Assembly (NCBI GenBank): GCA_033763315.1
Contig: JANRKS010000027.1
Span: 32,001-96,000 of the forward strand
Length of the DNA: 64,000 nt
Origin: Deltaproteobacteria bacterium
GTDB taxonomy: Bacteria > Myxococcota_A > Polyangia > Fen-1088
Direction: 5' to 3'
The notes below the pieces were generated by a model. The model worked only from the letters and a program-made list of their open reading frames with translations. It made no database searches and had not been told where the DNA came from. Shown here in pieces: positions 10,435 through 22,386 of this stretch. Position 1 is the first letter of the stretch. Every line of letters begins with the position of its first letter. Position numbers and translations under genes: made by a program.

Positions 10435-11342
10435 GCGCGCACCAGCGTTCCCACGCCCTTTTCGGTAAACAGCTCCACCACCACGCTGTGCGGGGCGCGG
10501 CCATCCACAACATGCACTTCCTGTACGCCACCTTCAAGCGCCGTGAGGATCGCTTGCGCTTTGACCTGCATGCCGCCCTTCACGTTCGATCCCTCTTGCA
10601 GTTTCTTGCGCAACTCATCCGCGCTGATCTCCGTGATCAGCTGCCGGTTTTCATCCAAGATGCCCGCCACGTCAGTTAAGAAAATCAGCTTCTTGGCCTT
10701 GGTGGCCACAGCGATCGCGGCGGCCGCCACGTCCGCGTTGATGTTGTAGCTAGCGCCATCGTTGCCCAAGCCCACAGGCGATACCACGGGCAGGTACTTG
10801 CGATCCGCAAACATCTCTAAAATGTCGGCGTTCACCTGTTCGATTTCGCCGACGAAACCCAAGTCGCGCTTGCCCGGCGCCGTGGCCATCTTGCGGGCCT
10901 GCAGAAGTTTGGCGTCTTTGCCTGAAAGCCCCACGGCCGTGGCGCCCAAGGTGTTTAGCAACCCGACGATTTCTGTGTTCACGCGGCCCGTAAGCACCAT
11001 TTCAACGATGCGCACATCTTCTTCACCGGTGATGCGCTGGCCCTCGAAGAACTCGGTGGTTTGCCCCATTTTATCAAGCGTGCGCGTGATCTCAGGCCCA
11101 CCACCGTGAACGATGATGGGACGCAAGCCGGCCGCCTGTAGCAACACCATATCTTGCGCGAAGCTGCGTTTAAGCTGTGGATCGATCATCGCGGCGCCGC
11201 CGTATTTGATCACGGCGCGCGTGCCCGAGAATTTTTGAATGTAGCGAAGCGCTTCAACCACAAGGGTGCGCTTTTCCGCCAGCGAGTCGCCGGTTTCTTT
11301 GCCCGCAAGCACTTCGCTGAAATTCAAATTCGGTGTGGTCAT
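10431..11342 (-). CDS. argB: Acetylglutamate kinase
   Basis: VIKYGGAAM, VHGGGPEI, YNINAD, LTDVAG, GGM..K. Confidence 0.96.
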   Translation of the reverse strand: MTTPNLNFSEVLAGKETGDSLAEKRTLVVEALRYIQKFSGTRAVIKYGGAAMIDPQLKRSFAQDMVLLQAAGLRPIIVHGGGPEITRTLDKMGQTTEFFEGQRITGEEDVRIVEMVLTGRVNTEIVGLLNTLGATAVGLSGKDAKLLQARKMATAPGKRDLGFVGEIEQVNADILEMFADRKYLPVVSPVGLGNDGASYNINADVAAAAIAVATKAKKLIFLTDVAGILDENRQLITEISADELRKKLQEGSNVKGGMQVKAQAILTALEGGVQEVHVVDGRAPHSVVVELFTEKGVGTLVRA

Positions 11343-12406
11343 GGCTGGTGTCCCATCAGATCATCAAGGGCCAAAGTTTCGGGCAAACCAAACATCAGGT
11401 TTGCATTCTGCAGCGCCTGGCCGGCAGCGCCTTTGACAAGGTTATCGATCGCACCAAACGCCACCACCACTTTGCGTTCCACATCCGCGCGCACACCCAT
11501 CACCACACGGTTGGTGCCCACCACGGAATGCAATGTCACGGCTTCCGCATCCACGACGCGCAAAAACGGCTGATCCTTCGCAAAACTTTGCAAGGCGGCT
11601 TCCGCAGCTTTGCTTGCATCGGCGCCCACGCCATCGGCGAGCCGCCCGTAAGCGGTTGCCAAAATCCCGCGCCGCACGGGCAATAGATGCGCGGTGAAGG
11701 TCAGCTTGATGTCAGGCACGCCGCCCAACGCCAAAATGTTTTCGATCTCAGGCGTGTGCTGGTGCTTGAGCACGCGGTAAGCGCGAAAATCATCGGCCAC
11801 CTCTGAGAACGACATCGCTTCGGTGCCCTTGCGCCCCGCGCCCGTGGTGCCACTTTTGGCGTCCACAATGAGGCCTTCACACTCGATGATTCCAGCGCGC
11901 AGCAATGGCAACAGCGGCAGTGACGACGCCGTGGGATAGCACCCAGGGTTCGAAACCAACTTTGCCGAACGCAAAGCTTGGGCGGTGTTCGTCACCTCGG
12001 GCAACGAATACACAGCTTGTGCCAGCAGCGCCGCTTGGTGATGCTCAAAGCCATACCACCGGGGGTAAGCGCTGGCCGGCAAGCGGAAGGCGCCTGACAG
12101 ATCCACCACGCGCGCGCCCGCAGCCAAAATTTTTGGTGCGAGCTCGATCGACACTTCCGGCGGCGTGCACAAAAACACCACCTGCACATCACCAAACCGG
12201 CCTTGCCCCTCTTCCTGGGTCACACACAGCAAGCCGTCAAGCCGCGCGCCCACAGGGCTCATGCTGCCCAGCGTTTTGCCCGCCCAACGATCGGTGGTGG
12301 CCCATTGCACCACGAACTGCGGGTGGCGCGACAGCAGGCGTGCCAGTTCCACTCCGGAATAGCCCGAAACCCCGACGATGCCTGCTGTGATCTGCGCGTT
12401 GGCCAT
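11339..12406 (-). CDS. argC: N-acetyl-gamma-glutamyl-phosphate reductase
   Basis: GVSGYSG, DLSGAFRL, SNPGCYPT, DNLVKGAAGQA. Confidence 0.96.
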   Translation of the reverse strand: MANAQITAGIVGVSGYSGVELARLLSRHPQFVVQWATTDRWAGKTLGSMSPVGARLDGLLCVTQEEGQGRFGDVQVVFLCTPPEVSIELAPKILAAGARVVDLSGAFRLPASAYPRWYGFEHHQAALLAQAVYSLPEVTNTAQALRSAKLVSNPGCYPTASSLPLLPLLRAGIIECEGLIVDAKSGTTGAGRKGTEAMSFSEVADDFRAYRVLKHQHTPEIENILALGGVPDIKLTFTAHLLPVRRGILATAYGRLADGVGADASKAAEAALQSFAKDQPFLRVVDAEAVTLHSVVGTNRVVMGVRADVERKVVVAFGAIDNLVKGAAGQALQNANLMFGLPETLALDDLMGHQP

Positions 12407-12536
12407 AGCGCGCGTTATCTAACAGGCTGCGGCCCTGTTGCAACAAAACCCCCGCGCCAGATCGTCTCGTGGCGGCGAATGACACCCCGCAAGATGGTCT
12501 CAGGCGCGTCCCCCGCTCGTCTTGAGCGGGCAGACG

Positions 12537-14384
12537 TCATGGCACCACGTCGTAGATGTCGCAGGGATCTTCAGGGCAAGCCACGCGATGGCGCAACTTT
12601 GCGCCCAACGCTGCAACCACACGTGCGGCAGGTGGCTTGCGCCCCAGCAAAACACCACGCACACGGTTTTCACGCAACCACGCGACCGGATCGGCCGGGG
12701 GGTTGGTGACATCCAGATGCACCACGCGGGTGCGGCCGTCGCGTCGCCACAACAAGCCTGGCGCTTCAACGGAATTGTCGTACGCCAACGCTTCGCCCGG
12801 CCGCAGGGGCGCTTTGAGCGCGTGCCACAGCAACGGCGCCCCATCGATGCTGACCGCGCGCAAACGTTGATCGAAAGAAGCGTTCACCAGCGACAGCAGC
12901 GGCGTGCCATCGTTGCCTGTGAAGGCCGGCAGCGCGCGCACCACCCCCACCAGCGCCGCAACAGACAGAACGCCCACCGCCGCCGTACGCACACGCTCCC
13001 CTGCCCGCTCAATTAACAACGCCGCCGCCACCAACAAAGCGGCGGGCACAGCCAACGAAAAACGCGGCCACTGCGCCATCGGCAACGCCGCGGTGGCACA
13101 CACCACCAACGCGGGCCCCATCAGGGCGCGGGCCGCTGGTTTAGCCCACCGGGGGCGTCGCCACAGCAGCACGATCGCGACCACCGGCAGCACCACCATC
13201 AACAACTGCACCAACGGCCCAAAGCCACCCAAGCGCATGTCGTAAAGGTAATGGCGCGGCTCTGCCAACAACGACACCACAAATCGCAGCGGCGCCGGCA
13301 ACGCCGCCACACTTGGATCCAGGCCTTGCACATACATGGGGCCCACAGGATCTTGGCCCGCAAACCGCAAAGGCCCCAGCACAACTTCCACGGGCCACAC
13401 GGGGTTGCCGTAACGAAGCAGGTTGCGTGCATACGCCCCGCAGCCGCAACAAGCCCCCACACAAGCCACAAGCACAAGCTTTGGTTGGTGCGCGCGAACC
13501 GCACGCACAAGATACACACCACCGCAGACCGCTGCCGGCACCAAGGCCACCGCTTTGCAGGCCAACAACAGGGCCAAAGCCACTCCCGCAAGCACGGCAC
13601 GGCGTAAGTCCAGCGCGCCGGTCACAAAGTACGCGGCACACAAAAGCCAGCACGCAAAGTACACGTCCACGTAGTTCGTGGGGATTTGCAGCGCCACCGC
13701 CGGCACCGTCAACCACAAGCTTGCGCATACGAACGCCAGCGGGGCGCGCACGCCCGCACGCCGCGCGAAAGCAAACGTCACAGCCGCCGCGCCCAAGGCG
13801 CCCGGAAGCTGGGCCAAATCAAGCCACGTATCATCACGCAGCAGCAGGCGCGCGAACGCAAACAACCGCTCACCCCCGCGCGGATACACGTTTATGTAGG
13901 GGATATGCGTGGGCACCTCCCGAAATTGGCGCATGTCCATCGCGTCGTACAACAACGGCAAGTGGTAGCCCAACGAATCCCAAGACCACACTTCAAGGCA
14001 ACCCGCCGCCACCACCACCAGCAGCATCGTGATCACCGCGGGCGCCAACGCCACGGCGGCCATGGGCGAGCGAAACGTGGTGACCACACCAATCATGTAC
14101 AAGCGAGCGTCTTGCCATGCGCGATTGCGTGCGGCCGCTCCCGCGACGGCGCCCACCACCACGGGCACGACGCTGCCGAGCAGCACCATCGGCAAAGGCG
14201 AAAGCCGCCGCGCGGTTGACAGCGCCGTGACCTCAGCGATGGCCAGGGCGGCTCCAAACATCACCGTCGCACACAACCGGTCACCGCGGTCGCTCGCCTG
14301 TGGGAGCAGACGCGCGGACAGCACCATCGCGCTCACGACTTGCAAGGCCGACAAAACGGTTGGGAGAATCAGTTGGTGCAGCAC
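12537..14384 (-). CDS. Polytopic membrane protein, probable GT-C fold glycosyltransferase (start uncertain: GTG 14384 or ATG 14327)
   Basis: Many TM segments; loop 'WDSLGYHLP...YP...E'; 'K', 'Y.RN....GNP.WP', 'RF' motifs; soluble C-terminal domain. Confidence 0.6.
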   Translation of the reverse strand: MLHQLILPTVLSALQVVSAMVLSARLLPQASDRGDRLCATVMFGAALAIAEVTALSTARRLSPLPMVLLGSVVPVVVGAVAGAAARNRAWQDARLYMIGVVTTFRSPMAAVALAPAVITMLLVVVAAGCLEVWSWDSLGYHLPLLYDAMDMRQFREVPTHIPYINVYPRGGERLFAFARLLLRDDTWLDLAQLPGALGAAAVTFAFARRAGVRAPLAFVCASLWLTVPAVALQIPTNYVDVYFACWLLCAAYFVTGALDLRRAVLAGVALALLLACKAVALVPAAVCGGVYLVRAVRAHQPKLVLVACVGACCGCGAYARNLLRYGNPVWPVEVVLGPLRFAGQDPVGPMYVQGLDPSVAALPAPLRFVVSLLAEPRHYLYDMRLGGFGPLVQLLMVVLPVVAIVLLWRRPRWAKPAARALMGPALVVCATAALPMAQWPRFSLAVPAALLVAAALLIERAGERVRTAAVGVLSVAALVGVVRALPAFTGNDGTPLLSLVNASFDQRLRAVSIDGAPLLWHALKAPLRPGEALAYDNSVEAPGLLWRRDGRTRVVHLDVTNPPADPVAWLRENRVRGVLLGRKPPAARVVAALGAKLRHRVACPEDPCDIYDVVP

Positions 14385-14634
14385 TGGAATGAGACACGCG
14401 CAGCTTACACGCAACCGCGCGCCAGGCCATCCGCGCACCCGGCACCGTGAACTCCCGAGCCGCGCCGAGGGGGGCCGCCTGTGGAACACTTTGGGTCCGG
14501 CGAGGGCATCATGCCGGAACTGCCTGCGTAACCGATCCTCGTGCCATTGGGGCTCAGGTCCACAAAGCAGCCCCGCCCAAGGACTGCCGTTCCTCAATTG
14601 CTTCTGGGGCGTCGGCGCTGTTGCCTACGCCCTG

Positions 14635-17600
14635 ATGCTCAAGACTGACGGCAAGCGGGACGTCTCGGTTTGGCAAAACGGTGCACGCGGCCGTTCGGCC
14701 CGGGGCGCCCTGATGGTTGTCGGCACGTTGGCAGGTTTGCTGCTTGCCGGGCCAGGGCACGCGGCAGGCCCCCTTGACTTCAAGACGGCGATCGAACCCA
14801 TCTTCGAGGCGCGTTGTTGGAGCTGCCACGGAGCGGATGCACAACGCGGGGGTATGCGCCTCGACGTGCGCAGCCAGGCTCTTTACGACGATGGCGTCAT
14901 CGTGCCCGGCAAGCCCGAAGCCAGTTCGCTTTTCCGTTTGCTCGTGGCCGAGGATCCCTTGGATCGTATGCCGCGAGAAGCGCCGGCGTTACCCGCTGAT
15001 GAAATTGAACGCATCAAACGGTGGATTGAGCAGGGCGCCCCTTGGCCCACGGACGCGGCGCGCACGCCCTCGGCGAAAATGCATTGGGCCTACGTGCCCC
15101 CCACCCTGCCACCGCTGCCGAAGGTCCGACGCGCTGGATGGATTCAAACGCCCATCGATGCCTTCGTTTTGGCGCGCCTCGAGCAGGCTCACCTTTCGCC
15201 TTCACGCCCGGCCGATCGAGAGACGCTCATTCGCCGCGTGACGCTGGACCTCATCGGCCTTCCACCGTCGCTTGCCGAGATCGATGCCTTCTTGAAAGAT
15301 CGCACGGCGAACGCGTTTGAGCGCGTGGTCGACCGTTTGCTGGCGTCACCTCACTATGGCGAGCGCTGGGCACGCCCTTGGCTTGACCTGGCCCGCTACG
15401 CCGACTCGAACGGATACGAAAAAGACAGGCTTCGCTCGATCTGGATGTACCGCGATTGGGTTGTGGCCAGCATGAACGCCAACCTGCCCTTCGATCAATT
15501 CACGATTGAGCAGATCGCCGGCGATCTGTTGCCGGGCGCCACCGTGCAGCAGCAGATCGCCACTGGCTTTCACGCCAATACGCTGCTCAACGAAGAAGGA
15601 GGCGTGGATCCTCTCGAAGCGCGCTTTGAAGTGATGGTGGATCGCGTGAGCACCACCGCAGCCGTGTGGCTGGGCTCAACCCTGGGATGCGCCCAGTGTC
15701 ACAACCACAAATTCGATCCGTTCTCGGCGCGCGATTTTTTCCGCTTCATGGCGTTCTTCGACAACACGCAAACCATCACCACGGGTGACTTCGCGGGCAA
15801 TGGACGTCCCATGGGAGATCCGAAATTGCTCGTGCCCAATGAAGCGCAGGCCCGTGAGCTGGCGCGGCTTGAACGTCAAATGGAAGACGTGCGCACGCGG
15901 CTTCGACAAGACACACCACAGCTTACGGCTGAGCGGCAACGTTGGATGCAGACCACGAAGGACTGGGCCAGCGCGTGGCATGTGCTTGAGCAGGTTGAGG
16001 GGCGCTCGTCGCGCGGCACGCGCTTCACCAAACGCGCCGATCACGCGCTGCTTGCCACGGGCAACGTCGCACAAACCGATCGTTATCAAATCACTGCCAC
16101 AAGCTTGTGGGATGGCCCAGTTCACGGTTTGAAATTGGAGGTGTTGCCGGATCCGTCCTTGCCTCAGCATGGCCCAGGCCGCGCGCCAAACGGATCATTC
16201 ATGATTTCTCGGCTCCGCGTGTTTGCGGCGCCTCGAAAGCAACCCCAAGCTTGGCAGCCTGTCCCGCTTGACGAGCCTGTGGATTCCGTGGGCAACAAGA
16301 CGTCTTTGGCCCGCGACATGCTTGATGACGATCCGCAAACGGGTTGGTCAATCGGCACGGACATGGGCAAGGCCAATCTGGCAGCCGTTCGTTTTGTTGC
16401 GCCGGTGTCCCATGCGGGCGGCAGCGTCTTTCGCATCGAAATTGAGCAAGAGAGCATTCATCCCGAACACCTGCTCGGCTGTTTTCGTCTTTCGATCAGC
16501 ACCAAACGCGAGGCGATCGACTTTCTCAAGTTGGCCGCCCCCGTGCGCGCCTACTTTGATCAGCAGCCCGGTCAGCCCGTGCCACCAGTGGTTGTGGAAC
16601 ATCACCGGGAGATGGCCACCACGCTTCGACCTTTGCGCGAGCGTTTGGCCGCGCTCGAGAAGGAGGTCGACTCGCTCAATGTGCCAAGCACGTTGGTGAT
16701 TCGAGAAAGCCCAGGCACGGCCACGCCGCGGACGCGTTTCCGCGAAAAGGGCGCCTACACCAGCCCGGGCGATTGGGTGGAGGCAGCCACGCCCGCTATT
16801 CTGCCGCCTCTGCCTTCGGGCGTACGTGCCGATCGCTTGGCGCTTGCCAGGTGGCTCGTCTCGCGACAGAACCCGCTGACGGCGCGTGTGGCGGTGAATC
16901 GCGCCTGGGAAACCTTCTTTGGCCGCGGCCTGGTTGAAACCGCGGAGGACTTTGGCACGCAGGGAGCGGCGCCTTCGCATCCAGAGTTGCTCGACTGGCT
17001 CGCTGTCACTTTCATGGACGGCGGTTGGGACCAAAAGGCGATGCACAAGCTAATTGTGATGTCGGCGACGTATCAGCAAAGCTCCGTTGCCACGCCCACG
17101 CTGTTGAAAAAGGATCCGGCGAATGTGTTGCTCGCGCGCAGCCCCCGCTTTCGCGTGGAAGCTGAGATGTTGCGAGACATCTCGCTTGCCGTCAGTGGCC
17201 ATCTTTCGATCAAGCGCGGGGGGCCGAGCGTGTTTCCGCCCCAACCCGACGGTGTTTGGGAGATCCCCTACAACGACAATCCAGACGCGCCCCGCTGGGC
17301 AACCGCCGCGGGCCCCGATCGTTTCCGCCGAGGCCTGTACACGTTCTTGAGGCGCTCGGCCACTTACCCCTTGTTGACGACTTTCGATGGCAGCAGCCGT
17401 CAAACGTGCACCGTGCGTCGCATCCGCACGAACACGCCTCTGCAGGCATTGAACCTGCTTAACGACAAGGCCTTCCTTGAGCTGGCCCGGGGCTTGTCAG
17501 AACGCATGGCCGCCGAGGGTGGCCCGAGCCTTACACAGCGTTTGGCGCATGGGTTTCGACTCGCGACCGGCCACCACGCGCGACCGCGCGAGCTTCGAGA

Positions 17601-17792
17601 GCTTCTTCGCCTGTACCACGCAGAACGTGCTCGCTTCGTCACGGTGGGAGGCGCCCAGGCGTTGCTGCTTGACACGCAAGCGGGATCGCATGGCCCCACC
17701 TCAGCGGCTGCGGTGGGGTCGATTGAAGATCAAGCGGCCCTCCTATTGATCGCCAACGTTTTGCTTAACCTCGACGCCACCTTGAGCAAGGA

Positions 17793-17796
<4 letters not shown>
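14635..17796 (+). CDS. Planctomycete-type cytochrome c / DUF1549 / DUF1553 (PSD1) protein (start 14635 or 14713)
   Basis: CWSCH and CAQCH haem motifs; [71 protein letters not shown]. Confidence 0.93.
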
Positions 17797-19226
<1,430 letters not shown>

Positions 19227-19288
19227 GCCCTTGGTGACTTAAAGGATCGTGATACGTCGCCCGCATTCGATCTCGAAATGGCGCTCCA

Positions 19289-19317
19289 GGGCCCCCGGTC
19301 GATGTCGCCGGGGGCCC
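19289..19317. terminator. GC-rich hairpin between convergent genes, probable terminator
   Basis: GGGCCCCCGG-9nt-CCGGGGGCCC perfect 10-bp stem; U-tract weak. Confidence 0.6.
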
Positions 19318-19343
19318 CGAGCCCTTTGTGTGGCAATCCGCGC

Positions 19344-20606
19344 TCAGTCGAATACGCCCTGCGGCGCATCGCTGCTGATGTTGGACGTCACGAGGATGCG
19401 TCGCAAACCGGCGCCATCCTCACGGTAGCCGAATTCGATCGAGTGGCTGCCTGCCGTCAATGGCAAGAGCACCGGCTGGCCCCCTGTGTCGGAGTTGTTG
19501 ATGTCGTCCCAGTTGTACGGTTCCCGCGGTTGCATGTTGTTCCACTTGAACCACGTTCCGTTGTCGATGCGCACCCACATTGAATCGTCTGCCGCGCTTG
19601 GTGCCACCACGATGGCCCAGAACCTATAGGTTGCGGTCGTTGGCACGGTGAAGTCGTAGCGGGCTCGCCCCGTCGCTGGCGGTGCGTTCAGGCTGTTGTT
19701 TCCAGGTTGAACCAGCAGGGTTTCGGTGTTGTCGTCGAAATATAGCGGTGCTGTGATCACGCCAGAATCCACGTTGATCACTTGGTACACAGGCTCGCCT
19801 GCTTGTGCACACGTTTCGTTCGATGTTCCACCTGCCACACCGTTGCGCAACGAGACCACTCGGTAGCAGTACACCTCGTACGCAGACGCGAAGTCGACGA
19901 AGGTGAAATCGGTTGCGGTCCCCAGCACATTGAACGCACCGGAGAAGCCGAGGCGTCGCTCGATACGGTATGAAGTGGCGCCACGTGCGTAGGTCCAGAA
20001 GATTTGGTTTGCGTCCCACCTGGCATCAATGAATCCCAGTGACTTGGGTGCTTCGGCAGGCGAGACCGCCGCCGTGGGAGAGAAGTTGGCGTCGTCGGTA
20101 AACACCATCAGGTCGAGTTTCGTGTTGCTTTCGCGCGACGAAACCTCGAATACGTGGGTGCCTTGGCTCAACGCGAACTGGACTGCTGGCTTGGCCCCAT
20201 TGATGTTGTCGTGCACGAAGTCCCAGTGCCAATCAGCGCCCAGCGCGATGTCCATCCACCGCACCCACGCACCACCGTCCATACGAACCCACAGCGAGTT
20301 GGAAGCGTTGTCAGGTGCCTTCACACGGCCAAACACTCGGTAGTTGCCTGCTGTGTTCACATTGAACTCGTATGCCGCTGCAAATGGCAAAGGAGCCGCA
20401 AAGGCATTGGACTGCGCCACAATAAAGCTGTTGCCGGAAGCAGTTGCTTCGTCCAGCAGCTGAAATGTGCCGTATTCGCCCCCTGGGTTGTAAACCGGGC
20501 TTTCAACCTCTTTCCAAACAGTGTCGGCAAATGCTGGCGCTGCCGTGAAGAGCAGCGCAAGTGCGGCGCCATACTTTAGGACTTGTTTGTTTGAATGCTT
20601 TAACAC
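19344..20606 (-). CDS. Secreted protein: two related beta-sandwich (carbohydrate-binding-like) modules flanking an FN3-like domain
   Basis: GGGAG SD then GTG 20606; signal peptide ...APAFA; duplicated 'Y.F.V...G/A.YR....V.AP....S.WVR.D.G.W..W...L..G.H.......RE....L'. Confidence 0.7.
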   Translation of the reverse strand: MLKHSNKQVLKYGAALALLFTAAPAFADTVWKEVESPVYNPGGEYGTFQLLDEATASGNSFIVAQSNAFAAPLPFAAAYEFNVNTAGNYRVFGRVKAPDNASNSLWVRMDGGAWVRWMDIALGADWHWDFVHDNINGAKPAVQFALSQGTHVFEVSSRESNTKLDLMVFTDDANFSPTAAVSPAEAPKSLGFIDARWDANQIFWTYARGATSYRIERRLGFSGAFNVLGTATDFTFVDFASAYEVYCYRVVSLRNGVAGGTSNETCAQAGEPVYQVINVDSGVITAPLYFDDNTETLLVQPGNNSLNAPPATGRARYDFTVPTTATYRFWAIVVAPSAADDSMWVRIDNGTWFKWNNMQPREPYNWDDINNSDTGGQPVLLPLTAGSHSIEFGYREDGAGLRRILVTSNISSDAPQGVFD

Positions 20607-21074
20607 GTTCTTGTTCTCCCTGGTTGGTAGTGGATTGAGCACGCCACCGAAGGATCGAAATCGCATCCCTTGCGGCGGCCTTGATCACCGCCACCGTAAT
20701 AGGGGTGTGAAGTGGTGAACGATAGTTGAGCAACCTCAAGAATCTGGCCCAAAACAGAAGTGTTTCTGTGCGCGTTCCATTTGTGAACGACGCATGAGTT
20801 GCAGCGACCTTTCCTATGAAACTTTGTCTGAAAATTTTTGCGACAAAACCTTTCGGCATCGTCATTAAAAATCGTCGTGGGAGCGAAGAGCTAAACGTTT
20901 CCATGTCGGTTGCGGCGCGTGGAATTGGCGGGCGACCAGTCTGTCTGTACCGCCCTCGCCCCACGAGTGGTTTGGTCCCTTGCCTATTGACGGACCTCAA
21001 CACAATCAGCGGGTCGTGATGGAATAGGCTTGTGGATGCGGTGCCTTTGCGCTGCGTTACACCAAGGGAGTACG

Positions 21075-22244
21075 ATGAGTGTCACACGCGTTTACAAAGC
21101 GGCTTTGGGATTGACGCTGGTCTTCGCCTGGGTCGGCTGTGCAGGTTCAACGAGCAACGACGACGAGGTTGAAAACTCTGGTGGCGCTGCGGGCGACGAC
21201 AACCCGGGGGGCGGTGGTGCAAAGGGTGGCGTCGGGGGTGAAAAAGCTCCCAGCCCTTCACCCCAAGGTGGCAAGGGAGGCACGGCACAGCCCGGCACTG
21301 GTGGCGCCGCTGAACCAGCCGGCGGCAATGGTGGCGGGGGCGCCGCGGGCGGCATAGGAGGGGTCGTGGGCAGCGGGGGCAGCCCATCCGGCAATGCTGG
21401 CCAGGGCGGATCGCCCACCGGCAGCGGTGGCACAGCAAGCCCAGGCGATGAACCGGGCCCAGCCCTGTCCTCCGAGCAGCAAGACGCCGCTATTGCATTT
21501 TGGAAGAGCAAACTCGATCGAGTCGCTGGCCGTCGCGAGAACGGTCAAATCGTTGAGCTGGCTTTGTGGGAGCCCATCGGCGCTGACGCACCGGCATCGC
21601 GCATGACCGACGAAGTCTTGGCGAAGCTGCTTGGTTTCAACAAACTTCGTCGCCTCGAGATCCACCACCCAAACATGACGAAGGAGGGCGCGCAGGTCAT
21701 CCGGCGGCTTCCTAGCATTGAATTCCTCGGCTTCCAGTACACGGCCAACACCAACGAGACGCTCGATCCCGACTTCATGTTGGTTGCCACCGCCCACCGC
21801 GAACGGCTCAAGGTGTTGAGCTTGAAGCATCTGTTCTCTCAGAAGGGTACGTCCGTTCACAAGCTGGGGGTCTTTCCAAAGCTTGAGTATGCCGTGCTCG
21901 ACAACATGACGGCTCAGTCCGAGGGCGTGCAGTTCCTCAAGCAAAACCCAACCATCGTGGGCCTCGAAATGCACCGAACCAGCATTTCGGGCGCCGAGCT
22001 TAAGGAGATCGCAAGCGCCCTACCGAAGCTTAAATGCTTTCACCTGAAGAAAGCGGGTGGCAGCCTGTCGAGCGCAGACATCGCAAATGCATTCCGCAAT
22101 CATCCCTCGCTTGAGGTCTTCTGGCCGCACGGGATCAGCGCAAGTCTGCCGAACGTTCAGGTTGTCAGCAACGACAACAACGGTGTGTTCAGCAAGCCGT
22201 GCGGAAACCTGCGCCCGGTGGACAAGCCCGACAACACTTTCTGA
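21075..22244 (+). CDS. Lipoprotein with Gly-rich linker and leucine-rich-repeat domain
   Basis: GGGAG SD; lipobox WVGC; ~110-aa G/A/S/P linker; LRR units LRRLEI, IEFLGF, LKVLSL, LEYAVL, LKCFHL, LEVFW. Confidence 0.72.
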   Translation: MSVTRVYKAALGLTLVFAWVGCAGSTSNDDEVENSGGAAGDDNPGGGGAKGGVGGEKAPSPSPQGGKGGTAQPGTGGAAEPAGGNGGGGAAGGIGGVVGSGGSPSGNAGQGGSPTGSGGTASPGDEPGPALSSEQQDAAIAFWKSKLDRVAGRRENGQIVELALWEPIGADAPASRMTDEVLAKLLGFNKLRRLEIHHPNMTKEGAQVIRRLPSIEFLGFQYTANTNETLDPDFMLVATAHRERLKVLSLKHLFSQKGTSVHKLGVFPKLEYAVLDNMTAQSEGVQFLKQNPTIVGLEMHRTSISGAELKEIASALPKLKCFHLKKAGGSLSSADIANAFRNHPSLEVFWPHGISASLPNVQVVSNDNNGVFSKPCGNLRPVDKPDNTF

Positions 22245-22386
22245 TGTGTGAGTGACGTCAGAAGCGTCTGGCTTGGTACACTCGGCCATTGGGTCCCACA
22301 ACCGCCCATCGGGCGCGACAGAATGCCTGGAATTATCGGCAGGCGTTGATATGCGACCTGCGGCTCCCGTTGTGGATAGAAGGGGC

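Noticed and set aside
14411-14424. TGGCGCGCGGTTGC on minus strand as a sigma54 promoter
   Set aside because: GG-to-GC spacing is 9 nt, not the strict 10
14029-14634. N-terminal extensions making the PSD1 and GT-C-like ORFs overlap head to head
   Set aside because: Non-protein-like sequence; plausible starts at 14635/14713 and 14384/14327 remove the overlap
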